The notes below the pieces were generated by a model, which was not told the DNA's origin, made no database searches, and saw nothing but the letters and a program-made list of their open reading frames with translations. A DNA stretch of 64,000 nucleotides from Candidatus Freyarchaeum deiterrae (GTDB lineage Archaea; Asgardarchaeota; Jordiarchaeia; Jordiarchaeales; Jordiarchaeaceae), in NCBI GenBank assembly GCA_037305845.1, contig CP147778.1, forward strand, positions 1,568,001 to 1,632,000, in the 5' to 3' direction. Below, piece after piece: positions 54,595-64,000 of this stretch (its first letter is position 1; every line of letters starts with the position of its first letter). The position numbers and the translations under genes are program-made.

Positions 54595-56895
54595 TTAAAG
54601 ATAGTATTGTTTATCTCTGATTTCGTGTTCCTCCCATTTGGGGGTTGTGGGTAAGATAAAGTAATGGCCAATATTGCGGCTATATCTTGCTAAGTTGTCC
54701 ATTGAAGAACCACATTCCGGGCACTTGCTTTGAACACCATTGAATGATTTCGAGCAATGAAAACAGTATGTAATATCTCTAGTAAAGGCAAAATTTCCGA
54801 TTTGTGTCTCTTTACAAATCTTTTCACTTAACTCTATTAGTTTATCAGAAGATACTTTTTTTTCAAATGAAATATTCATTAGGTGTCCACCTGAGAGTAA
54901 TGGATGAAACATATTTTCTAATTTTATTCTTTCATCAAGAGTTAAGGGCGATGAAACTCGAATATTACTGGTTGAATAATAAACATTACTACCCGTGCCT
55001 CTCACATTAACGTTTTTTTTGCCAAATTTTTCAACATCTAGCTTCGCTAGTCTATTTACAGAGGAATCGGTTGTAGGTTGAGTTACTACCCATCTTAGCC
55101 CTGTGTTCGTTTTTAACTCATTTGCACGCTCGTTAAAATATTTTAAAATCTTTAACGCAAAATCTAAAGAGGACTTATTACTATCGATTGGTGTGCCTAC
55201 TTGTTTTTTAGTTGCTTCATCTAATCCAACAAAACTCAGCGAAAGTGCCGCGTTATCTATTCTATAGTATGATTCGCCTTCCAAGTCAGAACTTAGAGCA
55301 GTTAGTGTTTTATCATTAAACATTCGTTCTCTAATTGCTTCTAATTTTATTGTAAGTGCAGTTGAAGCCAAGTTTAGTCTATCATTAAGCAACTCAAAAA
55401 AAAGTTCATCATCACCATTTGATTCATAAGCAATTCTAGGCAGATTAACGATTACTGTACCGAGATTCCCAGTTCTTAGAGTATCAAGCTCCCAATCTTT
55501 ACTCCAGTCAGTACCTAGGCGTTCTAACCCTCCAGTGTAGTTAACGTTCCCATTTTGCCATATAGGTGAAAAATTGGCAAAAAATGGGTTCCCCCAAGTG
55601 GCTGAGAGTTCAAACATCTTATTAAGAACTGGCAGCAGTGTATCATCTCCCCAAATGTCAGGTCTTAATTTAAAAACTATGTTGCAATTAAGAGTCGGCT
55701 TGTCTGCCAAAGTTTCTTCTTTCATTAAAACTTCAATTAAGGCATTAACGAATAATTGGGCTTCTGCCTCAAAATCTTCGTATTTTCCTACAATTTTTCC
55801 GTTTGGGCCTATCGCAGGTTTGTTTTTCAAATGTTTGGGTGTTATGAGCTCTAAATTAAGGCTGGTTGAATGATTTATGTTACGGCATAATTCACTAATT
55901 AAACAATGCGCAACCCTTTTTGTTTCCTCGTAAGACATACCCTTTAGAAAGGGGGCCAAAAGAATGTTAAAATTGTCAATAGACTGCTCCCCACTTAAAT
56001 CGGTTTGAAACAATTCCAGCAATCTAGACAATTGCGCAATTATAGTCTCTGCAGAGACTATACTGCTTAGTGGGGTAAATAACCCTGCTTTGGATCTCAA
56101 TTCTAAGGAGAGCAGACTGTAGATATCATGTTGAATGTTATTCGGGCGTAGTACCCAGTAACTGGCATCAGGAATATGTATGACTCCAGAAAGGTGAGCA
56201 TCAGCTATTTCTCTAGGCAAGACCTTCAAAAGAAGATACTGTTCTAGAACAGCGTCCCCCGCAAGCTTATGAATGCTTTCAGAGTTTGAAAACTCAGTCT
56301 TGGGATTTTTTATTATAGTCGTAACATCGTAAACTGGAAGCCCTAGACGGGTTAATGCGTGACGATACTCTTCCAATCCTTTCTCTAATAAAATTGCATT
56401 AACAAATTCACGAATTAAGGGGGCGGTTAGATATCTTATTTTAGATTTAATCAACCGCTCTTCAGCTTCGGTAGCGATATTTTCTGCGAGTTGCCGTGGA
56501 ACTTTAGCTTCTCTTACCAATGAATCTGCAATTTTTTTTCTTTCAAATCTTTCTATTGCTAATCTTGAAGTTCTAACGAAGAGTTCCCCCTTTTCTCGTC
56601 GACTAAACTCTTCTAACATTCTAATAAATTCAACTACCTTTTCTCCTAAACTTGTTAGTGTATAGTTGTTATCTTCATCGCAGTTTACTAGCTGAGCTTT
56701 TTTGGTTAGTTCCCCAAGATGATAAGCAAACTTTCCTGCTTCTTTTTTTGTATCCATTTCCAGTAGCTGCATAATTTTAGTAAAAGAGAGAGAGCTTTTC
56801 ATACTGAGAGCTTTTAATATCTGGATGCGTGTTTCGCTAGATAACGCAGACAAGACCGCTGAAGTCAACTCCCAGTCTTCTGATTCTCCAGACAA
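54595..56895 (-). CDS. wHTH + ATP-cone + class III RNR (NrdD)-like protein, probably catalytically inactive
   Basis: ArsR-like N-terminus, ATP-cone (LTAPLIREFV), AHLSG.IH, GNLGTVIVNLPRIA, SGGH, CxxC..CxxC; catalytic Cys positions appear substituted. Confidence 0.75.
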   Translation of the reverse strand: MSGESEDWELTSAVLSALSSETRIQILKALSMKSSLSFTKIMQLLEMDTKKEAGKFAYHLGELTKKAQLVNCDEDNNYTLTSLGEKVVEFIRMLEEFSRREKGELFVRTSRLAIERFERKKIADSLVREAKVPRQLAENIATEAEERLIKSKIRYLTAPLIREFVNAILLEKGLEEYRHALTRLGLPVYDVTTIIKNPKTEFSNSESIHKLAGDAVLEQYLLLKVLPREIADAHLSGVIHIPDASYWVLRPNNIQHDIYSLLSLELRSKAGLFTPLSSIVSAETIIAQLSRLLELFQTDLSGEQSIDNFNILLAPFLKGMSYEETKRVAHCLISELCRNINHSTSLNLELITPKHLKNKPAIGPNGKIVGKYEDFEAEAQLFVNALIEVLMKEETLADKPTLNCNIVFKLRPDIWGDDTLLPVLNKMFELSATWGNPFFANFSPIWQNGNVNYTGGLERLGTDWSKDWELDTLRTGNLGTVIVNLPRIAYESNGDDELFFELLNDRLNLASTALTIKLEAIRERMFNDKTLTALSSDLEGESYYRIDNAALSLSFVGLDEATKKQVGTPIDSNKSSLDFALKILKYFNERANELKTNTGLRWVVTQPTTDSSVNRLAKLDVEKFGKKNVNVRGTGSNVYYSTSNIRVSSPLTLDERIKLENMFHPLLSGGHLMNISFEKKVSSDKLIELSEKICKETQIGNFAFTRDITYCFHCSKSFNGVQSKCPECGSSMDNLARYSRNIGHYFILPTTPKWEEHEIRDKQYYL

Positions 56896-57104
56896 ATTTA
56901 AACCCCGTGCTAATTAGGTTTCATTTATTTTAAATACTTATTGAACAACATATTGAAAAAAATTTTTGTTTTTTACTTATTCCCATCTTTGATTAAATGT
57001 ATAAACGTAATTGTACAGCAAGCCGCCTCTCCTCACCATCTTACAAAGCACCCTATAGATAAAACGAATTTAAATGAATTAGAAATTAATGAAGAATTTA
57101 AAAT

Positions 57105-57833
57105 TCATGAAGGACTAATCTGCCTTAATTCTTTAATCATGTCCTCAACGGATTCTATTTTGGATATTGCCAATGGAATGCCTTCCTTCTTTGCCAGCTC
57201 GATTGCAAGAGGATCAGGATCTACAAGCCCATGTAAAACGATCAGACTTGGTTTGCGCGCATTAATTTTTATGGTGATTAACGGGGAGCGCCCCGTACTA
57301 GCATTTGTGAAAATAACTCCTCTTTCGCTAGATGCATCGTACAACTTAAGAAAAGCATCACCAGAAAGCTCTCTAAAAGCACTAATACTATCAACAACTA
57401 CATATCCAAATAAATTCCTATCTAGAAACTCCTCTCCTACAACACATTCCGCCCGGATAGTAGAACAAAACTGCCGGGCATTTACAGGAGTAGTGAATTC
57501 CCGTATATCTAGAATTATGTCCGTAGGAATCTCAACACTCATTAACCGCCCAAACGCAACAGTTATTTGCCCTCCATTCTTTTCATCGATTGCAAGTAGC
57601 CCCTCAACAAAACGCTTTATAGTTTTAGTTCCAGGAGACTTTCTCCTGCTTCCCTCATAATCACTAATAACTGAAGGAGAAACATCCAAATATTCTGCTA
57701 AAATAATTTGAGGTACATGAAAAAGTTCCCGCCACTTACGCATCATCTTGCCCGGATCATCTGAAAGAGAAACCTCACCTGCCACTCTTCGAGCTAACCT
57801 CTCTGAACTACTTTTATAGATGTTCATATTCAA
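57105..57833 (-). CDS. Archaeal XRE-HTH transcriptional regulator (COG1709-like)
   Basis: AGEV.LS.DPG...RKWRE.F, SPSVISDYE..RRKSPG, FTN.STGRSP. Confidence 0.85.
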   Translation of the reverse strand: MNMNIYKSSSERLARRVAGEVSLSDDPGKMMRKWRELFHVPQIILAEYLDVSPSVISDYEGSRRKSPGTKTIKRFVEGLLAIDEKNGGQITVAFGRLMSVEIPTDIILDIREFTTPVNARQFCSTIRAECVVGEEFLDRNLFGYVVVDSISAFRELSGDAFLKLYDASSERGVIFTNASTGRSPLITIKINARKPSLIVLHGLVDPDPLAIELAKKEGIPLAISKIESVEDMIKELRQISPS

Positions 57834-57967
57834 GTTTCATAGAATTAACGCACATAAATATTTCGGCTATTATCGAAAATTATAAAAATCAGAAATTCGA
57901 AATCCTCAACAAAAATCTTATCTGTTAAAACAACTTAACCCAAACAAAGGATTTTCTAATAAACTAT

Positions 57968-58071
57968 GGGCGGATGGTCTAGAACTCTTCCTATGAGAAG
58001 AGGAGTGGAAAGTTTGGTATGATTCCTGGTTCGGGACCAGGAGGCCGTCGGTTCAAATCCGGCTCCGCCCA
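57968..58071 (+). tRNA. tRNA-Pro(CGG) with one 30-nt intron at 15/16 (57983-58012)
   Basis: Spliced: GGGCGGA TG GTCT AGTTTGGTA TGAT T CCTGG TTCGGGA CCAGG AGGCC GTCGG TTCAAAT CCGGC TCCGCCC A; CCA not encoded. Confidence 0.9.
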
Positions 58072-58214
58072 TCAAAAATACAAGGTATTTATTCTCCACT
58101 TTGGGGCGCTGATTCCGGCATTTCATTTAAGGAATTTTCCGGCAAATATTTTTAAGTAGATACAATTCTAAGTGTAATCAATTCGAATTAAGCTAATTTA
58201 GCGGTTAAAGGAGA

Positions 58215-60014
58215 TTGCTGAAATTGGCGGTTAAAGAAAGAATCGGAAAGATAATTAGAGTTACCGGACCTGTAATCGAAGCGGAAGGACTAATCGGAAT
58301 TCAAATGTATGAAGTATGCCGAGTTGGAGACGAAGAATTAATTGGCGAAGTAAACAGAGTTGAAGGTTCAAACGCAACAATTCAGGTTTACGAAGAAACG
58401 ACGGGCTTGAAGCCGGGCGAAAAGGTCGTAGCTACTGGAGCACCTCTATCTGTAGAGCTGGGTCCTGGTCTTATAGGTCAGATTTTTGACGGCATTCAAA
58501 GACCATTACCTATTCTCAAAGAGCAGACTGGAGACTTTATTCATAGGGGAGTGTTAGCAAAAGCTCTGCCTCGAGATAAAAAATGGAAATTTACACCAAC
58601 TGTTGAAGAAGGTGCTACGGTATCTCAGGGAGATATTGTAGGACTCGTACCCGAAACAACTACAGTAACCACTAAAATATTGGTACCGGTAGGCATCAAC
58701 GGTAAGATTACCAGCTTGGTCTCAGAAGGGGAATATACTATAGAGGACACCATAGCGCGTATTAAAACACCCCGTGGAGAGCAGGAAATCACCCTTATGA
58801 CTACTTGGCCTGTACGGCAGGGGCGTCCTTATCTCAGAAAAATGGGATCAACAACCCCCCTGATAACCGGACAGCGTGTAATCGATACTTTCTTCCCCAC
58901 AGCGAAAGGCGGAACAGCAGCAATACCCGGAGGGTTTGGCACAGGAAAAACAGTAATGCTTCACCAGCTTGCAAAATGGGCAGACAGCCAAATAGTAGTA
59001 TACTGTGGTTGTGGTGAAAGGGGTAATGAGATGACGGAGGTTTTGGAAGATTTTCCAAAGCTGGAAGACCCACGCACTGGTGAACCGCTTATGCAGCGTA
59101 CAATACTGATCGCTAACACTTCAAACATGCCCGTAGCCGCTCGAGAAGCCTCTATCTACACTGCGATTACTTTAGCCGAGTATTTCAGGGATCAAGGATA
59201 TGACATTGCGTTAATGGCCGATTCAACTTCGAGATGGGCTGAGGCACTGAGAGAGATAAGTGGAAGACTCGAAGAAATGCCTGGTGAAGAGGGGTATCCA
59301 GCATATTTGGCCTCGCGTCTCGCAGAGTTTTATGAAAGAGCTGGACGCGTTGAAACATTAGGCTCCACAGAGAGCAACCAAAGACTAGGTTCAATAACCG
59401 TTACCGGAGCTGTGAGCCCACCAGGAGGCGACTTTTCCGAGCCTGTTACCTCAAACACACTCCGCGTGGTGAAGGTCTTTTGGGGGCTAGATAAGGATTT
59501 AGCAAGCAGAAGGCATTTCCCAGCGATTAATTGGTTAAATAGTTATAGTTTGTATATTGAAAATCTAAAGGAATGGTTTTCGGCTAATGTTAATAAAGAA
59601 TTTTTAGATTTACGAAGTGAGGCTATGACATTGCTTCAGCGCGAAGATGAACTCCGTGAGGTTGTACAATTAGTTGGCCCTGACGCGCTTCCAGAAAGTG
59701 AGCGTGTGGTGCTTGAGGCAGCCCGTATGATCCGTGAGGATTACTTGATGCAATCAGCTTTGCATCCTGTTGATACTTATTGTAGCCCAGAAAAGTCGTA
59801 TGAGATGCTGAAAATTATTTTGAAATTTTATAATCAAATGAAGAACGCAGTGGAAAAGGGGGTTCCTATCACTTCGATTCAGAAAATGAGTGTACTTAGC
59901 GATATTTCTCGTTTTAAAATTGTGCCCCCAGATGAAGTTGACAAGCGTGTTAATGAAGTGTTTAAAAAGATTGACGCAGAATTCGCATCTCTGACAGTAG
60001 AAAGCCTAGCTTAA
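58215..60014 (+). CDS. atpA: A/V-type ATP synthase subunit A
   Basis: [52 protein letters not shown]. Confidence 0.97.
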   Translation: MLKLAVKERIGKIIRVTGPVIEAEGLIGIQMYEVCRVGDEELIGEVNRVEGSNATIQVYEETTGLKPGEKVVATGAPLSVELGPGLIGQIFDGIQRPLPILKEQTGDFIHRGVLAKALPRDKKWKFTPTVEEGATVSQGDIVGLVPETTTVTTKILVPVGINGKITSLVSEGEYTIEDTIARIKTPRGEQEITLMTTWPVRQGRPYLRKMGSTTPLITGQRVIDTFFPTAKGGTAAIPGGFGTGKTVMLHQLAKWADSQIVVYCGCGERGNEMTEVLEDFPKLEDPRTGEPLMQRTILIANTSNMPVAAREASIYTAITLAEYFRDQGYDIALMADSTSRWAEALREISGRLEEMPGEEGYPAYLASRLAEFYERAGRVETLGSTESNQRLGSITVTGAVSPPGGDFSEPVTSNTLRVVKVFWGLDKDLASRRHFPAINWLNSYSLYIENLKEWFSANVNKEFLDLRSEAMTLLQREDELREVVQLVGPDALPESERVVLEAARMIREDYLMQSALHPVDTYCSPEKSYEMLKIILKFYNQMKNAVEKGVPITSIQKMSVLSDISRFKIVPPDEVDKRVNEVFKKIDAEFASLTVESLA

Positions 60015-60225
60015 ATTTTCCCACATTTCTATTTTTCCATAAAAATTTCTTATATTTTTATCTTTATTTCATATTCTTGATTAGCAATATAAATTCAGAA
60101 AATCTTAATAGTCTATTGTCAGAGACTAGGAAATTAGCTTAATTGCAAAATTAATTAGACCTTTCCCAAGAATAAATTAAGAATTAGTAAGAGAGATTTT
60201 TCAATATAGTTTTGTTATTTTATTT

Positions 60226-60549
60226 TCAAACCTTGATTTCTATTCCCACGGCTCGTTTGATTAGAGTTAATATTGGATCCTCACCTTTTCTTTCACCTAA
60301 CCGGCTCGGAATTTCTAGTATAATAGGAGTTGGGCTGTCTTCGGTTAGTTTATTCAGAAAGGGGCGTATTTGATCTGCTAAAATATCTGTTGTTATGATG
60401 AGCCCCACCTCTGGTTCCTGAAAAAATTCTCGTATCTTGTGCTGCGCTTCTTCCTTATTGTTTGTCTCGAATGTTTTCGAGACTCCTGCTAGTTTTAATC
60501 CCAATATAGTATCTTTGTCCCCGACAATAGCGATTTCCAAATTCTTCAC
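60226..60549 (-). CDS. atpF: A/V-type ATP synthase subunit F
   Basis: IAIVGDKDTILGLKLAG, P.ILEIPS, IKRAVG. Confidence 0.9.
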   Translation of the reverse strand: MKNLEIAIVGDKDTILGLKLAGVSKTFETNNKEEAQHKIREFFQEPEVGLIITTDILADQIRPFLNKLTEDSPTPIILEIPSRLGERKGEDPILTLIKRAVGIEIKV

Positions 60550-60730
60550 CTTGATTTACTGAGTTTTTCTTTCCATTCCCCCAATAAGGGAAGGGGATTA
60601 ATATTCTTTATGCTTGAATTTAAAATCAAAACACATTATCGTGTTGTAAATGTGCTATCTTATATTGGTTAAAATTGTTTTTTACAGAGACTTGTACAAT
60701 TTTAGATTTCTCTCATTATTTGGGGGGAAT

Positions 60731-61195
60731 TTAGATATTAGCAACTATATCCTCGAACTCCATTATTAAGTTACAATATCTGCATCTAATTCTTACTGGA
60801 TCCTTGGATATAACTGTAAATGAGGGCTGGGCTGGCTCTCTACTATTTATAATACAGTTAGGATTAACACAGCGGGGAAAACCAGTAATAACGGAGGGTA
60901 GCGATACTCTTTGCTTTTCAACTACCTCGTAGTTACGAATAATATTGATTGTTGCTTTGGGGGAAATCAGTGCTATTTTGTCCACCTCTCGGGGGTCCAA
61001 CTCTCTTCCTTCAATTTTTACTACATCCTTTCTTCCTAATTTACTGCTAGGTGTATTAATCAAAATGCTTATCGTGTATCCTTCTTTACCAGTTAACCCA
61101 AGTATTTTAAAAACGTCCAAAGCGGTACCGGCGGATATATGATCAATTACCGTACCGTCACGAATTTTACGAATCCTAAGCTCCTTTTCGGTCAT
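60731..61195 (-). CDS. pyrI: Aspartate carbamoyltransferase regulatory subunit
   Basis: KIRDGTVIDHI, KDVVKIE, ATINII, C.NPNCI, C.YC; start at ATG 61195. Confidence 0.95.
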   Translation of the reverse strand: MTEKELRIRKIRDGTVIDHISAGTALDVFKILGLTGKEGYTISILINTPSSKLGRKDVVKIEGRELDPREVDKIALISPKATINIIRNYEVVEKQRVSLPSVITGFPRCVNPNCIINSREPAQPSFTVISKDPVRIRCRYCNLIMEFEDIVANI

Positions 61196-61476
61196 AAAAT
61201 GCCTCTCGAAATTAATTCTATAACATTTCAAGTGCATAAATAATTTATTACTCTTTGGTATAACTAACTCCAATTACACTCCAAAAGATTTGCAGTAACA
61301 CCAATCTAGATAAGAACTCTATTAAATAAAGCCTCATGAAACGACAAGTATAAGTATCATGAATAGATATTACCAATCGAGACAGCGACTTATGTTTTGA
61401 GAGAACCAAGTCATTAATAAAAAGGTTTAAATGAAGGTTTTAAAAGACAAATAAAATTAGAAAGAGGGAAAAAAAT

Positions 61477-61743
61477 ATGAGCGGTACCGCAGAAAAAATG
61501 GAACAAGCGATGTTTATTTTAAAACAAATCTCAGAGGATACTGCAACCCCCCGTAACATACGCAGAGCAGCGATACAAGCAATGGATGCGTTGCAGACTA
61601 ACGAGGATTCTTCGGCAGTTAAAGCCTCAAACGCTATATCCATACTGGATGAAGTATCACAGGACCCAAATTGTCCATTACATAGCAGGACAAAAATTTG
61701 GAACACAGTTTCGATATTAGAAACGATTAGCGACGAGGAGTAA
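61477..61743 (+). CDS. UPF0147 family protein
   Basis: D..TPRNIRRAA...AISILDEVSQDPN.P.H.RT.IW. Confidence 0.9.
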   Translation: MSGTAEKMEQAMFILKQISEDTATPRNIRRAAIQAMDALQTNEDSSAVKASNAISILDEVSQDPNCPLHSRTKIWNTVSILETISDEE

Positions 61744-61988
61744 TCTGAAAAATGTTTTGTTTAAAAAAGAAAATTGAAGCCCATAAATTAATTATTGGTA
61801 AAAGTATAAACACAGCTGTTCTTGCAAGTTTAATCAAATTCTTTGCAGCTTGACTTTTTCTAGATACATTTTGAAATCTAGAATTAATATGATATCATTT
61901 GGTTAATAAAGTCATATTTACAAATTTTAATATTTTTGATACAAAAAAACTATAAGTAATTGAGAACGATTATTTTTTGGTTTTATAA

Positions 61989-63416
61989 TTGACTCGGCAA
62001 TCAATTTTAATTAAAATTCGAGGAATATATTCAACAGCATTTACTAAAATTGTGAGAGACAGTGGATTTAAAATTACGCAAGCCACACCCGTACAAGTTG
62101 AAAGATTTAATTTAGAGAATAATTTTGAGCAGCCAGATGTGGATATAGTTGATTTCGAGAATAAACAGGGAGTTATAATTACCGGAGAAACCAGTAAAGT
62201 AAAAAAATTTGAAGAAGTATTAAGAACAGAACTCGAAGATGCAGTGTTTAGAATACCAATTATTAAATTGAACTCGCTGTATAAAGGAAAAGTAGTAAAA
62301 ATTGCAGGCAATAAAGCATTTGTTGATATTGGTAACTGTCACGCTCTTCTCCTAGACGAGGCAGTAAATGAAGGAGAAGAACATGTGATCGAAATTGTAA
62401 AAACAAATATACAAAATCCCATAGCAACAACCGAGATTTCAATAATCGGAAAGTATGTAATACTAATCGAGCAAGAAGGCATCAAAATCAGTAAAAAAAT
62501 CAGAAACAGCGAAAACAGACAAGAGCTATACTCACTGGGGGAGAAAATAAAACCAGATAACTGGGGGATAATTTTTAGGACCGGAGCAGCAAATCAAGAT
62601 CCAAACGTTTTAATTCAAGAAGTATCCGAACTAAACAAAAAAGCAAAGGAGTTAATGAAAAGAAAAAAAGAAACCACAAGCCCAGCACTTCTGTTGGAAG
62701 GCAATGAAAATATATTCATCGAGTTTACAAGCAAAGCTAAGAAAAAGCTGGATGATATCAGACAAGAAATCGTAAAAACCATTAATCAGCATCATTACTA
62801 TAAATCAATAGGACATGAATATTCTCTACTCGTTGACTTTGCAGAAGAAATTTTAACAAAATACCCAAAAATGGAAAATAGCGTCCTAGAAATTTTTAAC
62901 AAAATATACAACAGCGAATTTCCCAAAGAAGGTGACCCAATCCTAATCGAACACATAAAAATAAACGGCTATCAATTCATACTTTCCGGCATTCTAACCG
63001 ACATAGAACCCCACAATCACAATTTGGTTGTGAGACGGCAGTTTAAAGGCGGCGGATACTTTGATGGACTCAATACACCTAAGCAAACAGGAGACTACGG
63101 AATAACCGAAATCAAACTCGGATCCTGGAACCTACAAACAGAATATTACTCAAAAAATGGTGAATTTAAGGGAGCATACTACAACATAAACTCGGGAATA
63201 GAGTTTTATCCACCTAACAGACTTAGATACATAGACCTCGCTATAGACGTAATAAAATGGCCCAATGGAGAAGCAAAAATCATAGATAGAGAAGAACTCA
63301 ACGAAGCGTGCAAAAGCAAGCTAATATCAGAAAAGCTGAAAATAAAGGCTGAACAAGAAGCCGAGGGAATACTTGAAAAATTGGAAACGGAAAACAAAAC
63401 TAATAATTCCACATAG
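61989..63416 (+). CDS. FAU-1-like RNA-binding ribonuclease (RNase E/G-like plus DUF402)
   Basis: IRGIYSTA.T, HHYYK, IEH.K, G.FDGL, YYNIN...E....RYIDL.IDV. Confidence 0.85.
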   Translation: MTRQSILIKIRGIYSTAFTKIVRDSGFKITQATPVQVERFNLENNFEQPDVDIVDFENKQGVIITGETSKVKKFEEVLRTELEDAVFRIPIIKLNSLYKGKVVKIAGNKAFVDIGNCHALLLDEAVNEGEEHVIEIVKTNIQNPIATTEISIIGKYVILIEQEGIKISKKIRNSENRQELYSLGEKIKPDNWGIIFRTGAANQDPNVLIQEVSELNKKAKELMKRKKETTSPALLLEGNENIFIEFTSKAKKKLDDIRQEIVKTINQHHYYKSIGHEYSLLVDFAEEILTKYPKMENSVLEIFNKIYNSEFPKEGDPILIEHIKINGYQFILSGILTDIEPHNHNLVVRRQFKGGGYFDGLNTPKQTGDYGITEIKLGSWNLQTEYYSKNGEFKGAYYNINSGIEFYPPNRLRYIDLAIDVIKWPNGEAKIIDREELNEACKSKLISEKLKIKAEQEAEGILEKLETENKTNNST

Positions 63417-63534
63417 AGAAAAAATAATATATAATGGGAAAACTTTTAAAAAAACACGACCATTCTCCTTTAGAAAATCTAATAAAAATTTTTGTCTACA
63501 AATGAGCCCCAAAGTGTAATGTGGTATTAAAGTT

Positions 63535-63720
63535 GCGGGGATTTCCAAGTGGTCAAAGCCTGACGGGTGGCCAGAGGAGGCAGACAGGAATCAAATCCCT
63601 GGCCGAGGCTCAGGACCTGCTGGCGCAGAGGCTCTCTGAAAGCTAGAGCCGCGAAAGCCTTCGCGTGTTCGAATAGAAGCATCATAAAGATGCTCCTCGA
63701 GTGTCACGCTCCCCGCACCA
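63535..63720 (+). tRNA. tRNA-Leu(CAG) with four introns: 63557-63574 (21/22), 63584-63607 (30/31), 63629-63656 (variable arm), 63674-63703 (59/60); encoded CCA
   Basis: Spliced 86 nt: GCGGGGA TT TCC AAGTGGTCAAA GGA G GCAGG CTCAGGA CCTGC T GGC GCAG GCC TTC GCGTG TTCGAAT CACGC TCCCCGC A CCA. Confidence 0.88.
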
Positions 63721-63872
63721 TTTTCTAAATTTTTCAAATTTTAATTCTGAGTACCAATGTTTAGTTTTATGTATTAGAAATACTAATAGAAGGTAATAAG
63801 TTTCATAATATTTATAAGTTAATGGGGTGAATGTTAGTCTAGCTTTGCAAGTTTGTTTTGAGGCTGAAAGGT

Positions 63873-64000
63873 TTGAAGAAAATTACGGTTGTAATATCTA
63901 GTGGGCCTTACACTCATGAGAGGTCTTATACTGCATTGAGACTAGCCCTTACATCTCTGGTTGAGGGGATGGAAGTTAATTTATTTTTGGTTGAAGATGG
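63873..64000 (+). CDS. DsrE/TusD-like protein (partial, runs off the window)
   Basis: TTG start; MKKITVVISSGPYTHERSYTALRLALTSLVEGMEVNLFLVEDG. Confidence 0.75.
   Translation, partial: MKKITVVISSGPYTHERSYTALRLALTSLVEGMEVNLFLVED

Noticed and set aside
58195-58236. GCGGTTAAAG repeated around the atpA start
   Set aside because: Only two 10-nt copies, no BHB fold; function cannot be supported

Overview
Archaeal chromosome window, probably Asgard. This is an inference from an OST3/OST6(OSTC)-like gene, Elf1, Alba, CarS and dispersed A/V-ATPase genes. The backbone is housekeeping: Lhr, Hef, TopA, RadB, PyrB/PyrI, two 2-oxoacid:ferredoxin oxidoreductase sets, NadE, archease, Clp1-family kinase and FAU-1. 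A ~20 kb island (30107-50344) is bounded by a ~99-bp direct repeat of the 3' part of tRNA-Ser(UGA). It carries a SNF2/DUF1156/DUF499 defence module and a membrane protein/HerA-VirB4-like ATPase/giant protein/HEAT-repeat module, but no recognisable integrase. The main finding is a pervasive bulge-helix-bulge (BHB) micro-intron system that extends into mRNAs. Two core metabolic genes that look broken in the ORF track are interrupted within conserved motifs: porA (28-nt insert in AYPITPQ) and nadE (33-nt insert in GYFTKYGD). Both inserts fold into BHB/BHL motifs, and canonical endonuclease cleavage restores frame and motif exactly. All three complete tRNA genes are also interrupted, only at non-canonical positions: tRNA-Pro(CGG) has 1 intron, tRNA-Ser(UGA) has 2, and tRNA-Leu(CAG) has 4. 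Splicing is inferred from sequence and structure only; no transcript evidence is available.
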